NCBI RefSeq assembly: GCF_018350175.1
Contig: NC_058368.1
Span: 44,084,001 to 44,148,000, forward strand
DNA length: 64,000 nucleotides
Origin: Felis catus
Taxonomy: Eukaryota
Direction: 5' to 3'
Of the stretch, positions 1 to 12,690 are shown in pieces. The position numbers were made by a program, and so were the translations under genes. Every line of letters begins with the position of its first letter. Position 1 is the first letter of the stretch. The notes beneath the pieces are model-generated. The model was not told the DNA's origin, ran no database searches, and saw only the letters and a list, made by a program, of their open reading frames with translations.

Positions 1-350
1 GTGAAAGCTGTATATAATTGTGGTGGTATTTTTTTGTTACCCATGCTGTCAATCTCTGTCTTTCGACTGGCATACATAGATCAGGTACATTTAAGGTAAT
101 TAATTATTTATTGGTGACACTTAGGTCTGCTATTTTATTATTTAATTTTTTTTCTTGGGTTTCTTGTTTCTGTTTCTCTTTTCTTGCCTTACTGAAGGTT
201 ACTTGAATATTTTTTTAGGATTCAGTCTTGTTTTATTTATAGTGTTTTGAACATATCAGTTTTTATACTTTTGTAGTGGTTGGTCTGCTTTATACACTAT
301 TCGTACACAACTTATATCAGTCTACAGGTGCAAACATTTTACCCAAATTT
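1..350 (-). mobile_element. Old L1 (L1M-type) fragment
   Basis: T-rich antisense L1-like text (tcaatctctgtctttcgactggc, tttaaggtaattaattatt); heavily decayed. Confidence 0.4.
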
Positions 351-1113
351 GAAAACCAAAGTTGTCTCTAAATGAGACAAGTGATGTTTCACAGGCCACG
401 AGAACCTCCATTTTTGCCTTGACGCTAATGTTCTAATCTGGGAAATAACTCATGTGTTACAGTACAAATGTTCATATACTCCTCATAAAACATTAATTAT
501 TTATTCCACAGGTTTTTATTCTTTGATTTTTAGTATAAGGAATCCCCTACATGCTACTTACATGCCAAATTTTGTCATACATTTACACAAAATATGAACA
601 GAGAAATATGCCTATATTTGCTTTATGGTAATCCTTTTGGAAAAATATTATAATCCTGAAATATATTCTCTCATGTTGTCAAAAACATTCCTGGGATATT
701 TCAAGATATTAGTTGAAAATGTGGTTACTTTAAGTCATCTTCTTAAAAACAACAGAATTTCCATTGAAATAAATATTCTTTACTTTTGTTGCTTTCTAAA
801 TAGTGCAGACTTCAAAATCACAAATGACATAAAGGTTTGCTGATATGTGTTTTAAAGACATGGAGATTTTACAGTTATGGAAAATTTCTTTAATATATTT
901 TTACTGTATTAAATTAAATTAAATTAAATGCAATGGTGAATATATAAACTAAAAAAAAACAGTTTACAAATTGTAAAAAGTTGACAAACAGTATAAAATC
1001 CAGAGACACAATCAAGGAATGTTTAGATAACTTACCGACCCTATTAATAATTCTTTCTTTTCTACATAAGATTCATTAGCTTCTAATTCTGATAATAAAA
1101 AATTCTCCAGCAA

Positions 1114-1878
1114 AACCACACTCAGATATCACCTCACGCCAGTCAGAGTGGCCAAAATGAACAAATCAGGAGACGCTAGAGAGGATGTGGAGAAACGGGA
1201 ACCCTCTTGCACTGTTGGTAGGGATGCAAACTGGTGCAGCCACTCTGGAAAACAGTGTGGAGGTTCCTCAAAAAATTAAAAATAGACCTACCCTATGACC
1301 CAGCAGTAGCACTGCTAGGAATTTACCCAAGGGATACAGGAGTACTGAGGCATAGGGGTACTTGTACCCCAATGTTTATAGCAGCACTCTCAACAATAGC
1401 CAAATTGTGGAAAGAGCCTAAATGTCCATCAACTGATGAATGGATAAAGAAACTGTGGTTTATATACACAATGGAGTACTACGTGGCAATGAGAAAGAAT
1501 GAAATATGGCCCTTTGTAGCAACGTGGATGGAACTGGAGAGTGTGATGCTAAGTGAAATAAGCCATACAGAGAAAGACAGATACCATATGGTTTCACTCT
1601 TATGTGGATCCTGAGAAACTTAACAGAAATCCATGGGGGAGGGGAAGGAGAAAAAAAAAAGAGGTTAGAATGGGAGAGAGCCAAAGCATAAGAGACTCTT
1701 AAAAACTGAGAACAAACTGAGGGTTGATGGGGGGTGGTAGGGAGGGGAGGGTGGGTGATGGGTATTGAGGAGGGCACCTTTTGGGATGAGCACTGGGTGT
1801 TGTATGGAAGCCAATTTGACAATAAATTTCAAAAAATAAATAAATAAATAAATAAATAAGTAAATAAATAAAATTAAA
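1114..1878 (+). mobile_element. 5'-truncated feline L1 (ORF2 C-terminus, 3'UTR, A-rich tail)
   Basis: ORF 1234-1614 is the L1 ORF2 C-terminus ([23 protein letters not shown]...KEPKCPSTDEWIKK). G-rich 3'UTR and (TAAA)n tail follow. 17-bp TSD aaaaaattctccagcaa at 1097-1113 and 1879-1895. Confidence 0.97.
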
Positions 1879-2099
1879 AAAAAATTCTCCAGCAATAATC
1901 ACCACTGTGTGTATAGAAATTACATTGATTAGTTTTTCAATGGTTTTAGACATCTGTTATTTGGGGAAAAAGTTTGCAAACATACAAACAACTACAGCAA
2001 TAGATTGTAAACAATTATTAAATATTTTCATTCTGACATTCAGTGTATGATGAGTTATCACAATGAAATAAATGCTCTGTGCCATTCACTTCCTGCCTT

Positions 2100-5000
2100 C
2101 ATCAATGGGATATTTCTGGATAAGGACGTATGGGGACTCCTGGAGGTACACAGCCTCCTCAGTACAGCCCTCTCCTGTGCCAACAACATCAGTGTTCATC
2201 TATATATGCGTTTAAATGTACTTCGAAAGTTGAGTAGTATGAGGAATAGGGCATAGCAGGAGGCCGGAAGAGGAAGAAAACTGATCCCTAGCAAAACCTG
2301 ACTGGGGAGAAGGTATTTAAGCCCAAAGCCTTGTTTTGGAGATAAAAGGGCACAGATCCATCAGAAGAGAAGAAAGTCAAAAATAACTTTTATCCATTCA
2401 GTTCTTAGGGGTCACCTGGGCCCAACCCCCACCTTCTCTCTTTCCAACTTGCTGTAAACTATAGAGACTCTATGGAGTCTTGAAATTTAGGACCAAATAC
2501 TAGGGTACAGCAGAACTTCCCGGTGGTGTGGTGGCATCAGTAAGCTGTCAATCAGTCACAGGACAGGCAGGACATAGGCAGGACAGAGGACTCCTCCTCT
2601 GGCCATAAGCAGCTTCTGCTGTTTATTCCAGCATGCCATTTAAGCATTACCCTTCTCCCTGAAGGAACGTATTGGGAACAGCCTCGCGCTCTACAGTTGC
2701 CCTTTTGAAATTCTTAATTTTTAAACATAGGGCTCTGCAAATTATGCAGCTGGTCTTGAGTACTGACCAAGAAAATGGGGGCCAAGGGAGAAAAACAGAC
2801 AAAGATCAATCAGAACCTTGGAACAATACAGCAGGAGACAGTGCTCAGCTGGGCCGCAGGGCGGAGGGGGAAGTAAAATTAAGTAAACAGAAGGTTGAAA
2901 AAAACAAAACGAAAATGAATACCTGCTACCAGTTACTCCAAAGTGCCCTTTGCCACCATGTAATGTTTCAAGTAAAACAGTTCAGAGAAAGGTGAGCTAG
3001 ATGCAGAGGCAGCAAACATGACTCCAAACAGGGAGGCGTCAGGTGTGACTATGGGGACCTGCAGAGGAACAGGGTTTGGCCACTGAGCCTCATGAGCTGC
3101 TGACCCAGCCACATATCTGACTGCAGTCAACCAGACCACCTGTTCAACCACCGGACCTCAGGTTTTTGTTTAGTGTCATAGGGGCAAATTTTCAAAGATC
3201 TGCATTTTTGCTTTACTGGCAAAACCGGAAAATTCACAGTTTCAGGTTATGTATAGAGACAGCACAGCATCCACGACGCCCTCTATTAAGGAAAAGGGTT
3301 TCTCCAGCACAGTGATCCATTCTCAGCTGCCTGGCTGTGTTCCCGTGGGCACCTCCTCTCTCAAATATGACTATTCAAAAATCGGTCCTCACCAACTGCC
3401 TGGGAGCGACCCCTCGGGCTTGAAAATTTAGCAGATCTGTGACAGTAGTCTACACATTTTCCTTCTTGAATCTCTAATGGTCAGTGTGGGGAAGAGAGGG
3501 GAAGCCAGTCAGAGATGAAAAGTCTCAGCATTGCTTTCCTGACAAGAATGTCCCAAGGGAACATTTAACAAGGCGGGTGTAGAAGGTGGAATGTGGCTGC
3601 TTACACAAATCCTCCCGTGTAATATTCACCCCACCAGAAAGCCAAGCACCTCAACTCGGAGGCTTTATTAATTTAGGGCTGCAGGACAGGCACCAGGTTC
3701 AATGGGGGCAGAGCTTTGCTTTGCCCATATGTCTTGGTATAGCTTTCCAAGTTTGGGAAGGATCAATCACAGGAAGGAATGGGGATGAAAAGCCAGGAAT
3801 TCAAACTTATAAAAAACTTTCTAGAACTTACATCCATTACCCAAAGGGTTCTCTGCATTTATCCTGCAAGAGACTGTCTGGAGACAAAGTAAAGAATTTT
3901 CTTATTTAGACACTTGACACTAATTCTAGCCCCTGCTTTCCAAATCTCTGGTCACAACTGTCCCCTGGAATATGGCTCCTTGCTGGGAGAAACACATTTT
4001 CCTGAAGTCACTTATCCAAAAGAGATGCTGGGTGATACGTATACAAAAGCCAAACTAAATATCAATGTACAAAAAGGCTTTGTGAATTCATTAAAACCAC
4101 TTGCTTGTGAAACAGTCCCGAGATCCTGCTGAGTCCCACCAAGGGCAGTGTTAAGCCCAAGGCCAGGGGACTCCCAGAGCTCAGCTAAACGGGGTGAGGT
4201 AGTGTGTTACTGAGGTGCCATCCTGTGAATATGTGGGATCTGAGGGCCCTCTCCCTCAAATCTTCTTTGGGGGAGACCCACTCAAAAATCAAATAAGAAC
4301 GTAGCCAACCAGCCCCAAGGACTGGGTTCAAGCATTCCCCTGCCACCCAGGGAGGGCCTGAACCAGCTGCTGTCCAATAGTGCCTCCTGGTGGGGGTCGA
4401 ATGACAGATCAGGATAAATTCCAGCAGGTCAAAGGTGAACTGCCAAAACTCATGCCCAATTAGCACAAAATAAGTAACAGGTTATCTGACTGGGACAGAC
4501 AAAACACACATCCCTCTACGAGCTACCAGTTACTTGGGTCTCTTTAATTCTGAAGGGCTCACAGTCCACCACTCTCCCACCTCATAGGGTCTTCTCATCT
4601 ACACTATGGACCAAACACACTCCCACGTGGGAGACTAGATGTAAATGAGGGCAAGGCTGCTGCTGTCAGAGACATCCCCACCTCTCTGGCAGGACACTCA
4701 AGGTCAATGGAGATAGCTAGATGCCAGGTGACTGACTATATCAAAGTGGTTCCCTGTCCTTTTTACCACACAGGGAAGGCCTGACCTGCTGAGCCATCAC
4801 TCCATAAAATCAAGTTTCTTTGGAACTAAGGAGACAAGAAGAACCTCCCTTCCTGTCTATCGAGGTGCTGTACGGTGCCTCTTCTGGCTGGCAAGGATTC
4901 ATCCCAAAGCTTTTTACCTAAACAGTAAGTTTGTTCTGAGTTTGGATCTAGCTGTCAAAAGATTTTACTGTCCAATCAGCAGATTAGAGCTTTGGAACAA

Positions 5001-5536
5001 GCAGGCACCTCCAGCCCATCTGCCTTTTCCCAGGTGAGCGCTGGGCCTGCAGTCTGAGGTGAGCTGCCCTGCTGACTAGTCTTTTCTGAATGACCGCATT
5101 CCCAAAATTCTGTCTCATAGCTGGTGTCCCAGTTGGAAATCTGGCAACAATACCCACAGTGAAAAACTCTCTCTACCTCCTTTATTCAGGGAGGCTGTTG
5201 GTTGGATTCATAGCAGCATAAAACCTATCAGTTAACTTAAACTTGAGAGGTTGGGGGAGGTGATCTAGTTAAAGCCAACTGCCTGACAAGATCCCCAAAC
5301 CAGCCTCGAAAGAACAAAAAAACACAGCCCTTGATGGGCAAGAACAGGTAAGGAGGTAAACATGATAGGGCCTCTGCTTCTAAAAACAGTAACAGACCAT
5401 CGTGCTATTTCTTCTTTTTTCTTCCTTACACATAAGACAGAACAGAATTCCTAAGAAGACAAAATTAAAACTTCAGTTGAAGAGGGAACACCAGCCATTA
5501 GAAAATCAGAGCTCCCGTGGCTGTGCTGGGATCCAG
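2100..5536 (-). pseudogene. ZBTB39: Putative 3'UTR of the ZBTB39 retrocopy
   Basis: GC-richer, largely repeat-free block directly downstream of the pseudogene stop codon, contrasting with AT-rich flanks. Left boundary is approximate; no poly(A) seen. Confidence 0.6.
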
Positions 5537-7630
5537 TCAGCTGTCCAGGTTCTTTTCTGCCTCTTGGCAATGGATAAGGTACAAGAAGATCTGCTCAACG
5601 GTGAAGTCAAGCAAGAGGCTGCCTTTGTTCCTGCCAACATGCTTGCTCATGAGGTTAAGGGTGGAGCTTTCAGGGCCACACAAGCAGCAGTACATGGGGG
5701 CCCCTGTGTGTGTCTCCAGGTGGTCCTTGATGGTTGCATGGCCTTGGAAGGACTTGTGGCACTCTGTATACCGGTACAACCTCTTGTCTGTGTGTGCAAA
5801 CCTTTTGAACTCACTTGTGTGTGCAAACCTTTTGCCACAAAAGGTGGCAGCTGTACTTGCTGTTCTCAGGCTAGCCCCGCAAAGCCAGCTCCTCACTCAG
5901 GAACTCCTCCACTGGCAGCTTCCACTTCTGGACTGCTGGGTGCCATAGCCCCAAACCAGGCCATTCATCAAGGCCAGTGTTGTATTTGTGCTGCTGACAT
6001 GGTAGCCATACACAGCCTCCCACTTGAATCCCTGGTTGCACAAGTGGCAGTGGAAAAGGATGTCTTCCAGGCTTTGGTGCACAGCTATGTGCTTCTTTAG
6101 GAGATGCCAATCCACAAAGCTTTTCACACATACAGAGCAGGAGAGAACTAAAATGCCGAGATGGAAGAGCGTGTGCCATATGAGGCTGCACAGGTTAAGG
6201 TAGTGCTGGTCACAGGTACTGCAGGCCTGGCCTTTTCAAATTTAGAGGGTTGAGGATGTGGCCCCGGACCACGTGGAAATCTTTGGCCGGTGCCTTCCCT
6301 TCCCACAGGCAGCACATTTCAACTCTTAGAGGCTACCCCTAAAGGCAAACCCAGATTCCCAGTCAGGGGATCATTGGGGTAGACAGCAATGTTGTCCTCA
6401 AATGTTTCACGCCATCAGTGAAGGATCAGCTGCCACTTGGTAATGAACTTAGTTTCACACATGTTGCAAGAGAAGAAGAAAATACCAATGTGGGACAGAA
6501 CATAGGTCACTTGGGAGTTTTGGTCCTAGCAGTTGGTCTCACAGAACTTGCACTTGCCTGTCAGTCGGTCCATGTGGTCCTGAGCATGCTATCACATCAA
6601 CTGAATGTTGTGCTCTAGAACTTTCTTGCACACCTGGCAGGGCATGGCCTTATTCTCTTATCATTCTCTCCAAAAGTCAGCTCGTTGTCACTATCATCAC
6701 TCAACTCAATCATCTCCTAAGCTATGCCTGTCTCTCCAGTGGGATCTTCAAACTGCAAATCATCATCCCCTGGGTCCTCCGGCTGGACCTCATCCATCTT
6801 CCCAAAGCTTGGCTCTTTGGAGTGGTTGTTATTGCTCACATAGGAGTTGGTTCCAGTGGTGACTATTTGCATTGTCAGGAGTGACTAAACTATTTTTACT
6901 TAAGTCTCCATTGCTCAGAACTTAGTATGGATGGCAGGAGCTGGTGCTGATTTGGGTGGCCATGCTGAGGGTACCTCTGACTGGCTGTCACTAGGAGCAG
7001 ACATGAGAGGAGAAAAAGCATCATGGTCATCTGTGTTTGGTAGCGGTGGCTGCTGCAGCAGACACAGGATATAGTTAGGGTCATTGGCAATATTTCTGTC
7101 TTCTTTATAACTTCCTCCACCATCACTAGGTAACACATAGCTCCTATTAGGAGCAGAGTGCTCCCCACCATCCAGAGTTCTTCAAGGGGACAGATGGGTT
7201 CTGCTGAGCTACAACTCTGGGTACCACTGGTGCTGGTCCAGGGCTTGGCTGCAGCAGTGCTCTCTAGGTCAGGAAAGGTGGAGTGACAGGCCCAGAAGAG
7301 GCCCTCCATACCCAGATACTCAGTTACCTCACAGATGACTCCAGTGTTGATCATGTCTGTCAAGAGCTCTGATGTGTGGACAAAGCCCAGACTCTTCTCA
7401 AAGTTGACAGGGGTGATGAAGTCCACCACCTAGGTCCTGGCAGCATCAAGCCCCGAATTCAGAGAAAGGTTCTGGAAGTATCCAGCCAGCACAGCTTAGT
7501 GGGTCAGGAAGAAGCCGACCACAACCACAATGGTGACATCACACATGATCTACCAGATCTGACACTTACTGAGTTCCTTCAACAATCTGTTGGTGTGGTT
7601 GCTGCTTTGCAGTTTGATCCTCATGCCCAT
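5537..7630 (-). pseudogene. ZBTB39: Processed pseudogene of ZBTB39 (BTB/POZ + C2H2 zinc-finger protein), coding region
   Basis: Minus strand from 7630 reads MGMRIKLQSSNHTNRLLKELSKC...MCDVTIVV...GYFQNL...VVDFITPVNFEK...ACHSTFPDLEST, later [31 protein letters not shown] and SSTLNLMSKHVG...DFTVEQIFLYLIHCQEAEKNLDS* (stop 5537-5539). This matches ZBTB39 as I recall it. In-frame stops at 7550-7552, 7496-7498 and 7430-7432, plus several frameshifts. Confidence 0.93.
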
Positions 7631-7830
7631 CTTGGCTCCTCTGAAGTTGCCCCCTTATCAGCATGGTTTGTAGGGTTCCCTTGGGCCTGAACACCGTCGC
7701 TGCCGCCTCACGCAAAAGCTGGCCCGCCCTGACCGGCCCGATCCGGCCAGAAGAGGGCGCCATTATATTCATTATTTCTTAAGTGATAAGTATGTGTGAC
7801 CGAAAGGCGCGCTGCAAATACGATCTCTCC
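7631..7830 (-). promoter_or_regulatory. 5'UTR / CpG-rich first-exon-like segment of the ZBTB39 retrocopy
   Basis: About 13 CpGs in 7694-7823. Minus strand has a GC box (GGGCGG, ~7723-7728) and ATAATGGCGCCC (YY1-like, ~7755-7766). Contiguous with the ATG. Confidence 0.55.
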
Positions 7831-7834
7831 TATT

Positions 7835-8380
7835 TTCTCCCTAGCACACTCATCTCTGGCCTGGATACTTGTAGGAGCTTCCTAACACATTTTCCAGCTT
7901 TGTCTCTCATTCTACTCCAAGCATATTTCTCTGTGGCTGCCACAGTAATCTTTCTTAAAAAATAAAATAATATGACTTGTTCAGTTAAGCCTATTGTTAT
8001 CTTCTCCTAGCACTTAGAATCAAAATTCTTTTTACATGTTCTACAGGATCGTATATGACCCGAGTCTTATTTATCCTCACAGTGGCCCCTTTGACCATTC
8101 TTTCCTTTTGTTTAACATACTGTCATCACACTGGTCATTTTCCATTCTTTCTCAGCTTAGAGAATTTGGAGTTTCCCAAGCCTTGGAGTTGTTCTCTCCC
8201 CAGCCTTTCACAAAGCGTAAAAAAAAAAAAAAAGAAGAAGAAGAACAAACAAAACAAAACAAACCACTTCATCTTTTACCATAAATGTCATCTCTTCAGA
8301 GATTATTTCTATGACCACCCCCTATAAGACACAGCTCTTCCCAAAGCTTCCTGTTACTCTCTATCATAATGACATAGTTG
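7835..8380 (+). mobile_element. L2 (LINE-2) 3' region, decayed
   Basis: catctctggcctggatac...cttcctaac...ctgccacagtaatctttcttaaaa...gcacttagaatcaaaat and aatgtcatctcttcagaga resemble the L2 3' consensus. Confidence 0.65.
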
Positions 8381-11096
8381 TTGCTTAAAGTATTATTAAA
8401 TATTAACTACATATTAGGTATTCTTAATACTTGATAACTGTTATATTAAATAGTAACTGTTTTTGTCTCCATGATTTTGTTCTCTGTTTTGAAACAGACC
8501 AACAAGACATTTGCGCCACCTCTCTCAGATCTTTTTCTTGTGAATGTTGTTATGTGTGAATTGGAAGGAAGAAAATAAAAAGATCCTTACTGAAAATGGG
8601 ATCTCAGATTTTGTTCTCTGGAAACTTAAGTTCCTTAAGAACTTTGTGAATAGAGAGCAGAGACAAATGAGTGCCTCTGAGGAGAGAAAAGATTGAATAG
8701 GAGGATTGGTGGTGATTTATTCTAGGTCTGATGGAGAATGGTGCTCCCATGACAGTAATACCCATATGCCAGTACCTTGCAAAGACCTGGGGCAGTGGTT
8801 TCAACTCCAGATAGATAGTTTCATGTTTTGGTTTGAAATGTTCTAGAAAAGACTGGTGAATGTTAGGATGCACATTAGCAGCAGCATATCAGAAAACCTC
8901 AAGGTATTACTGAGCATGGACGAGGAGCACATCAAAGGAATCCATGATAGGATAAAGATGTGGCAATTATCCAGTCTTTTTATCACCACAGTTGTATTGT
9001 TGTAAAACCCTAGAGAAAGGAGCATGATCCGAATAATATATTAGTTTCAATTCCCTGCCCTCATTAGAAGATAGGACCTCAAAGTCAGTTTGAATATGAT
9101 TTCAAAAAAAAAATGTCCTTTTGTTCTCATATCTGAATTTTTTTGGGTAGGATTTACATGGAAAACCTAAGTATTTGCTCTTCTTGCTGTTGTTTATTAT
9201 CCATGTGGTCAAGATTTACAACTGCTTGAATGAATGTTATGTACCCAACATCTAATAGACTTACTGATACAGAATAGGAACACAACATGTATTTTTGTTA
9301 ATCAGTTAATGAAATGTGATCCAATTTGCACAGGAGAGAAAAGGAAAGCTCAATGAGATAAAATAACTTGGCCGAAATGGAACAGCTATTTAATACTCGA
9401 GCCTGATATTTGCTTATGAATCTTGAGCTGTTAGCCACTATGTGGAAACTTCCTCTGTATAAGGAAGAAAACAACCAAAAACCAGTAGTCTGGCATTTCT
9501 AAAAACAATGCATCATGCAAATAGATAGAAAATGAGTTCAGATGAGTGTTATGAGAGGACTGAGGAACTTAGAATATCATAAAACACATTTGGAAAGGTT
9601 AATCAGAGGTCAAGTTGTTTTTCTTTTTTCCCTGAAAAATAAAACTCTTAAGAAAATACTGGGGAATTTAGGTAGCATAAATCATGCAGCAAGTCGTACA
9701 GGGAGCAAATTTGTGGTTGTGGATTAGCGACTATTGTTTACACGGTTTGAGTTCAGCAGGAAAGCTAAGGAAGAATATTTGGGGGCTATAGTCATTTAAG
9801 AGTCACAGTGAAAATTAATTACCTTTCAGGCTCTCTATATTATTTTCTGTTTTTTTCTATACCTTCTGTATTTGTTTCTTTCATAATTAATATCAAGATT
9901 TATCAAACATATTTTATTTTTCAATCAATAAATTGCAGAATTACACTGCAACTATACCTATCACTTGATGCCTATAAAATAAATGTTACTGTATACAGTA
10001 CAAAACCTTCCAGAAACTTCTGTTAGATTATTTCTTGATACACATTTTATTAGGTATTAATTTTGCCATTGACAAATGAATACAAATTAACATTTTTCAC
10101 CTTTAAACCTAAGTGCCTATAAGGATAAGCTAGAGCATCGTTTTCTTCTGAGATCGCTTTATCACCTATTTGAATAGACATTATATTATAGTAAAAATAA
10201 TTTTCCCAAGAAAAAAGGAATTTTTCTTCCCAATGTTGAATAAGTCAATAGTGATTAAAATAAAGTAGAAGGGCAAAACAAAAAATCCAGCTTTTATAAA
10301 GCAACAAAGTAATGACTGATAGTTTCAATAGGCAATAAGATGATCAAAAAGATTCAAAAACTGATGAATATATAGTATTTGACAGAATCGAAAATGTAAC
10401 CTTTGCCATAGAACCAGATATCTGATATTGTTTCAGGAGACAGGAACTAGTTCCTGCATCACGAGTCTATGCCACACAGGTAGGAGAGCTGTTCAAGTGA
10501 TAAATGTGAAAAAAGACAGAAGTAGCACTTTCTTACAGATCCTAACAGGTGTAACCAAAAATTCTGAAAGAAGTTCAGTTTAAGAAGCAGTTTCAAATGT
10601 CTCCTACTGAGTGAGGAAACCTCTGTGGTTAGTAGATAATTGGTGACTGAAGTCCTGGGAGTAAAAAAAAGACTCAATAAACTTTGAGCTTCACGTGGAC
10701 CCTTAAGTCCCGTTTGAACCTCACCCAATTCCACAGAAAGGGTGCCAACTAAGTGCATGTCCTCTTAAAAAGCACATTCCAATTAATGCAGGTTTCCATA
10801 TTTAGTGAGAACATGTAGAAGTTGAAAAAAACGAATCAAAATCATGCCATATTTGTGGTAATACGAGCTAAATGGACAAATTCTGTGAAATAAATTGTAA
10901 TTTTTTAAACAAAACATCTAATTTAAAGAAAATCAAAACGGTGTTTAGTTAACTTTATCTGTTCTGGTTATATATGTAAAGTATAAAATGTTAAATAATG
11001 AACCTAAATTCTAAATAATCTACTAGGATATTAATATGGAATCCAACACAAGAAAACCACAAATATCATATATAGTCTTCCCATTGTATTATTTTC

Positions 11097-11098
<2 letters not shown>

Positions 11099-11154
<56 letters not shown>

Positions 11155-11158
11155 CACC
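11099..11158. repeat. (CA)n microsatellite
   Basis: Directly visible. Confidence 0.95.
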
Positions 11159-11719
11159 ACATGAGCTCACACACACTTAAACAGATTGTCTGGACAATTA
11201 AATTAGCTGTTTATAATATCATTCAATTTTCAGCACCAACCTTTTTATTTACATATCATCACTTTTCAACATATTGTTTTCAGTTTAAGTACTAGCGACA
11301 AATCACAAGTATACTTTCGTAAGCCAGAGATTTCAATTAGGAGATCTAAATCTTCCTCACAATACAAATGCATTTTGCCATTCTTATATGTAACAGAAAT
11401 ATTTACTTAAATTTACTAAGAAAAAGTCATTTTAATGGTATTGGTTAAATAATTATTTCATTAGTGAATTATTTAATTTTTAGCCAATTTCCAAAATTCA
11501 AATTTTAAAGAAACACTTGAAGGAATGATTAAGATTTCCTTGTTGAGGAACCTTGTTAAGGTTTCCTTGTGGTTTCCTAATCAGCATGGCATTAGCTCAT
11601 CAGATACCGGTATCAATCAACTTAGTTTCTCTTCTGAATTGTTTTTTTAACTGTTTCATTAAATAAAATACTAATAAAGGTTAAATAACAACGGAACAGA
11701 TCTTCACAGATTTATAATC

Positions 11720-12690
11720 AATGAAAGGCTGACATCACAATATATAAAGATCTTTAATAAATCAAAGGACATAATGAGGCATTTCCAAAAGGAGGATATT
11801 CAAATGGTTAATAAACACATTAAAAGGTAGGTGCCTAGGGGCTCCTGGGTGGCTCATTTGGTTAAGTGTGCAACTTCAGCTCAGATCTCATGGTTTGTGA
11901 ATTTGAGCCCCACATCGGACTCTGCTGACAACTCAGAACCTGGAGCCTGCTTCAGATTCTGAATTTTTAAAAAGGTGGTAGGTACCTAAACAGTAACCAG
12001 ATAAATGCAAAATAAAATCACCATGAAATATTGATGACTACCCATAGAGATTATGTATCTAAAAACCTAGAGATAGTTATAACTAAGTGTTGTGTGATGA
12101 AGTGTGTTCTTGTGTGTATACAAGAACCTGTATACATTTCTGGTAGAAGTCTAAATTGTTACAACTAACTTGAAAAACATCCTGGCATTATCCACCAAGT
12201 AATGAAATTTGCGTATATATCAAAGCAATTCCAAACTCAGATGTGTGTGTGTGTGTGTGTGTGTGTAGATTTAATTATGCATTTCTACAGAAATCCTTAT
12301 TTTTTGATTGCCAAGACTTGAAAAAATCCAAATGTCCATCAATAGTATGATGGAAAAATAAATGCTTAAATTTTTTTAGTGAAAGATAATAAATGTACTT
12401 TAACTTCATGCAACAAAATGGTTGAAAAAACAGTGTAGTCACATGTAAAATTCAAATGTTAGGATTCAACTTAAGCAAGTTTAAAATGAACCATAGTGCT
12501 TGTGGTCAAAAAGATAGCATAAAGAGGAGGAAGAATCAGTGAATAAAGACAGTATCATTAAGCTGGGGGTGGTTCTAGGATTCTGGCAATGTTCTCTTTC
12601 TTGATTTGTGTGCTGACTATATGAAAAATATTTTGAGAGATCATTGACCTTACATTACAGTTTTGTGAATTTTTAGAAATGGCGTGTAAT
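11720..12690 (+). mobile_element. Old L1M ORF2-end/3'UTR fragment, interrupted by a SINE and (TG)n
   Basis: ggatattcaaatggttaataaacacat, aaatgcaaaataaaatcacc, ccaaatgtccatcaatag are decayed L1 ORF2 3' motifs. Confidence 0.7.
11838..11965 (+). mobile_element. CanSINE, lacking the (CT)n tail
   Basis: ggggctcctgggtggctca head; approximate TSD aaaaggtaggtgccta / ggtaggtaccta. Confidence 0.85.

Noticed and set aside
5402..6100. 232-aa + strand ORF and neighbouring + ORFs to 7690
   Set aside because: Antisense shadows of the ZBTB39 pseudogene; non-ATG starts and no recognisable domain.
5537..7630. Functional ZBTB39 gene or retrogene
   Set aside because: Stop at codon 27, two more stops in the BTB domain, several frameshifts and lost zinc ligands.
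7566..7772. 68-aa minus-strand ORF starting in the CpG-rich leader
   Set aside because: Out of frame with ZBTB39, with no evidence of coding function.
10436..10490. Possible micro-exon (ttcag|...|gtagga) containing the perfect 16-bp palindrome caggaactagttcctg (10441-10456)
   Set aside because: Splice signals are weak and no partner exons were found; an isolated short palindrome is plausible by chance in 64 kb.
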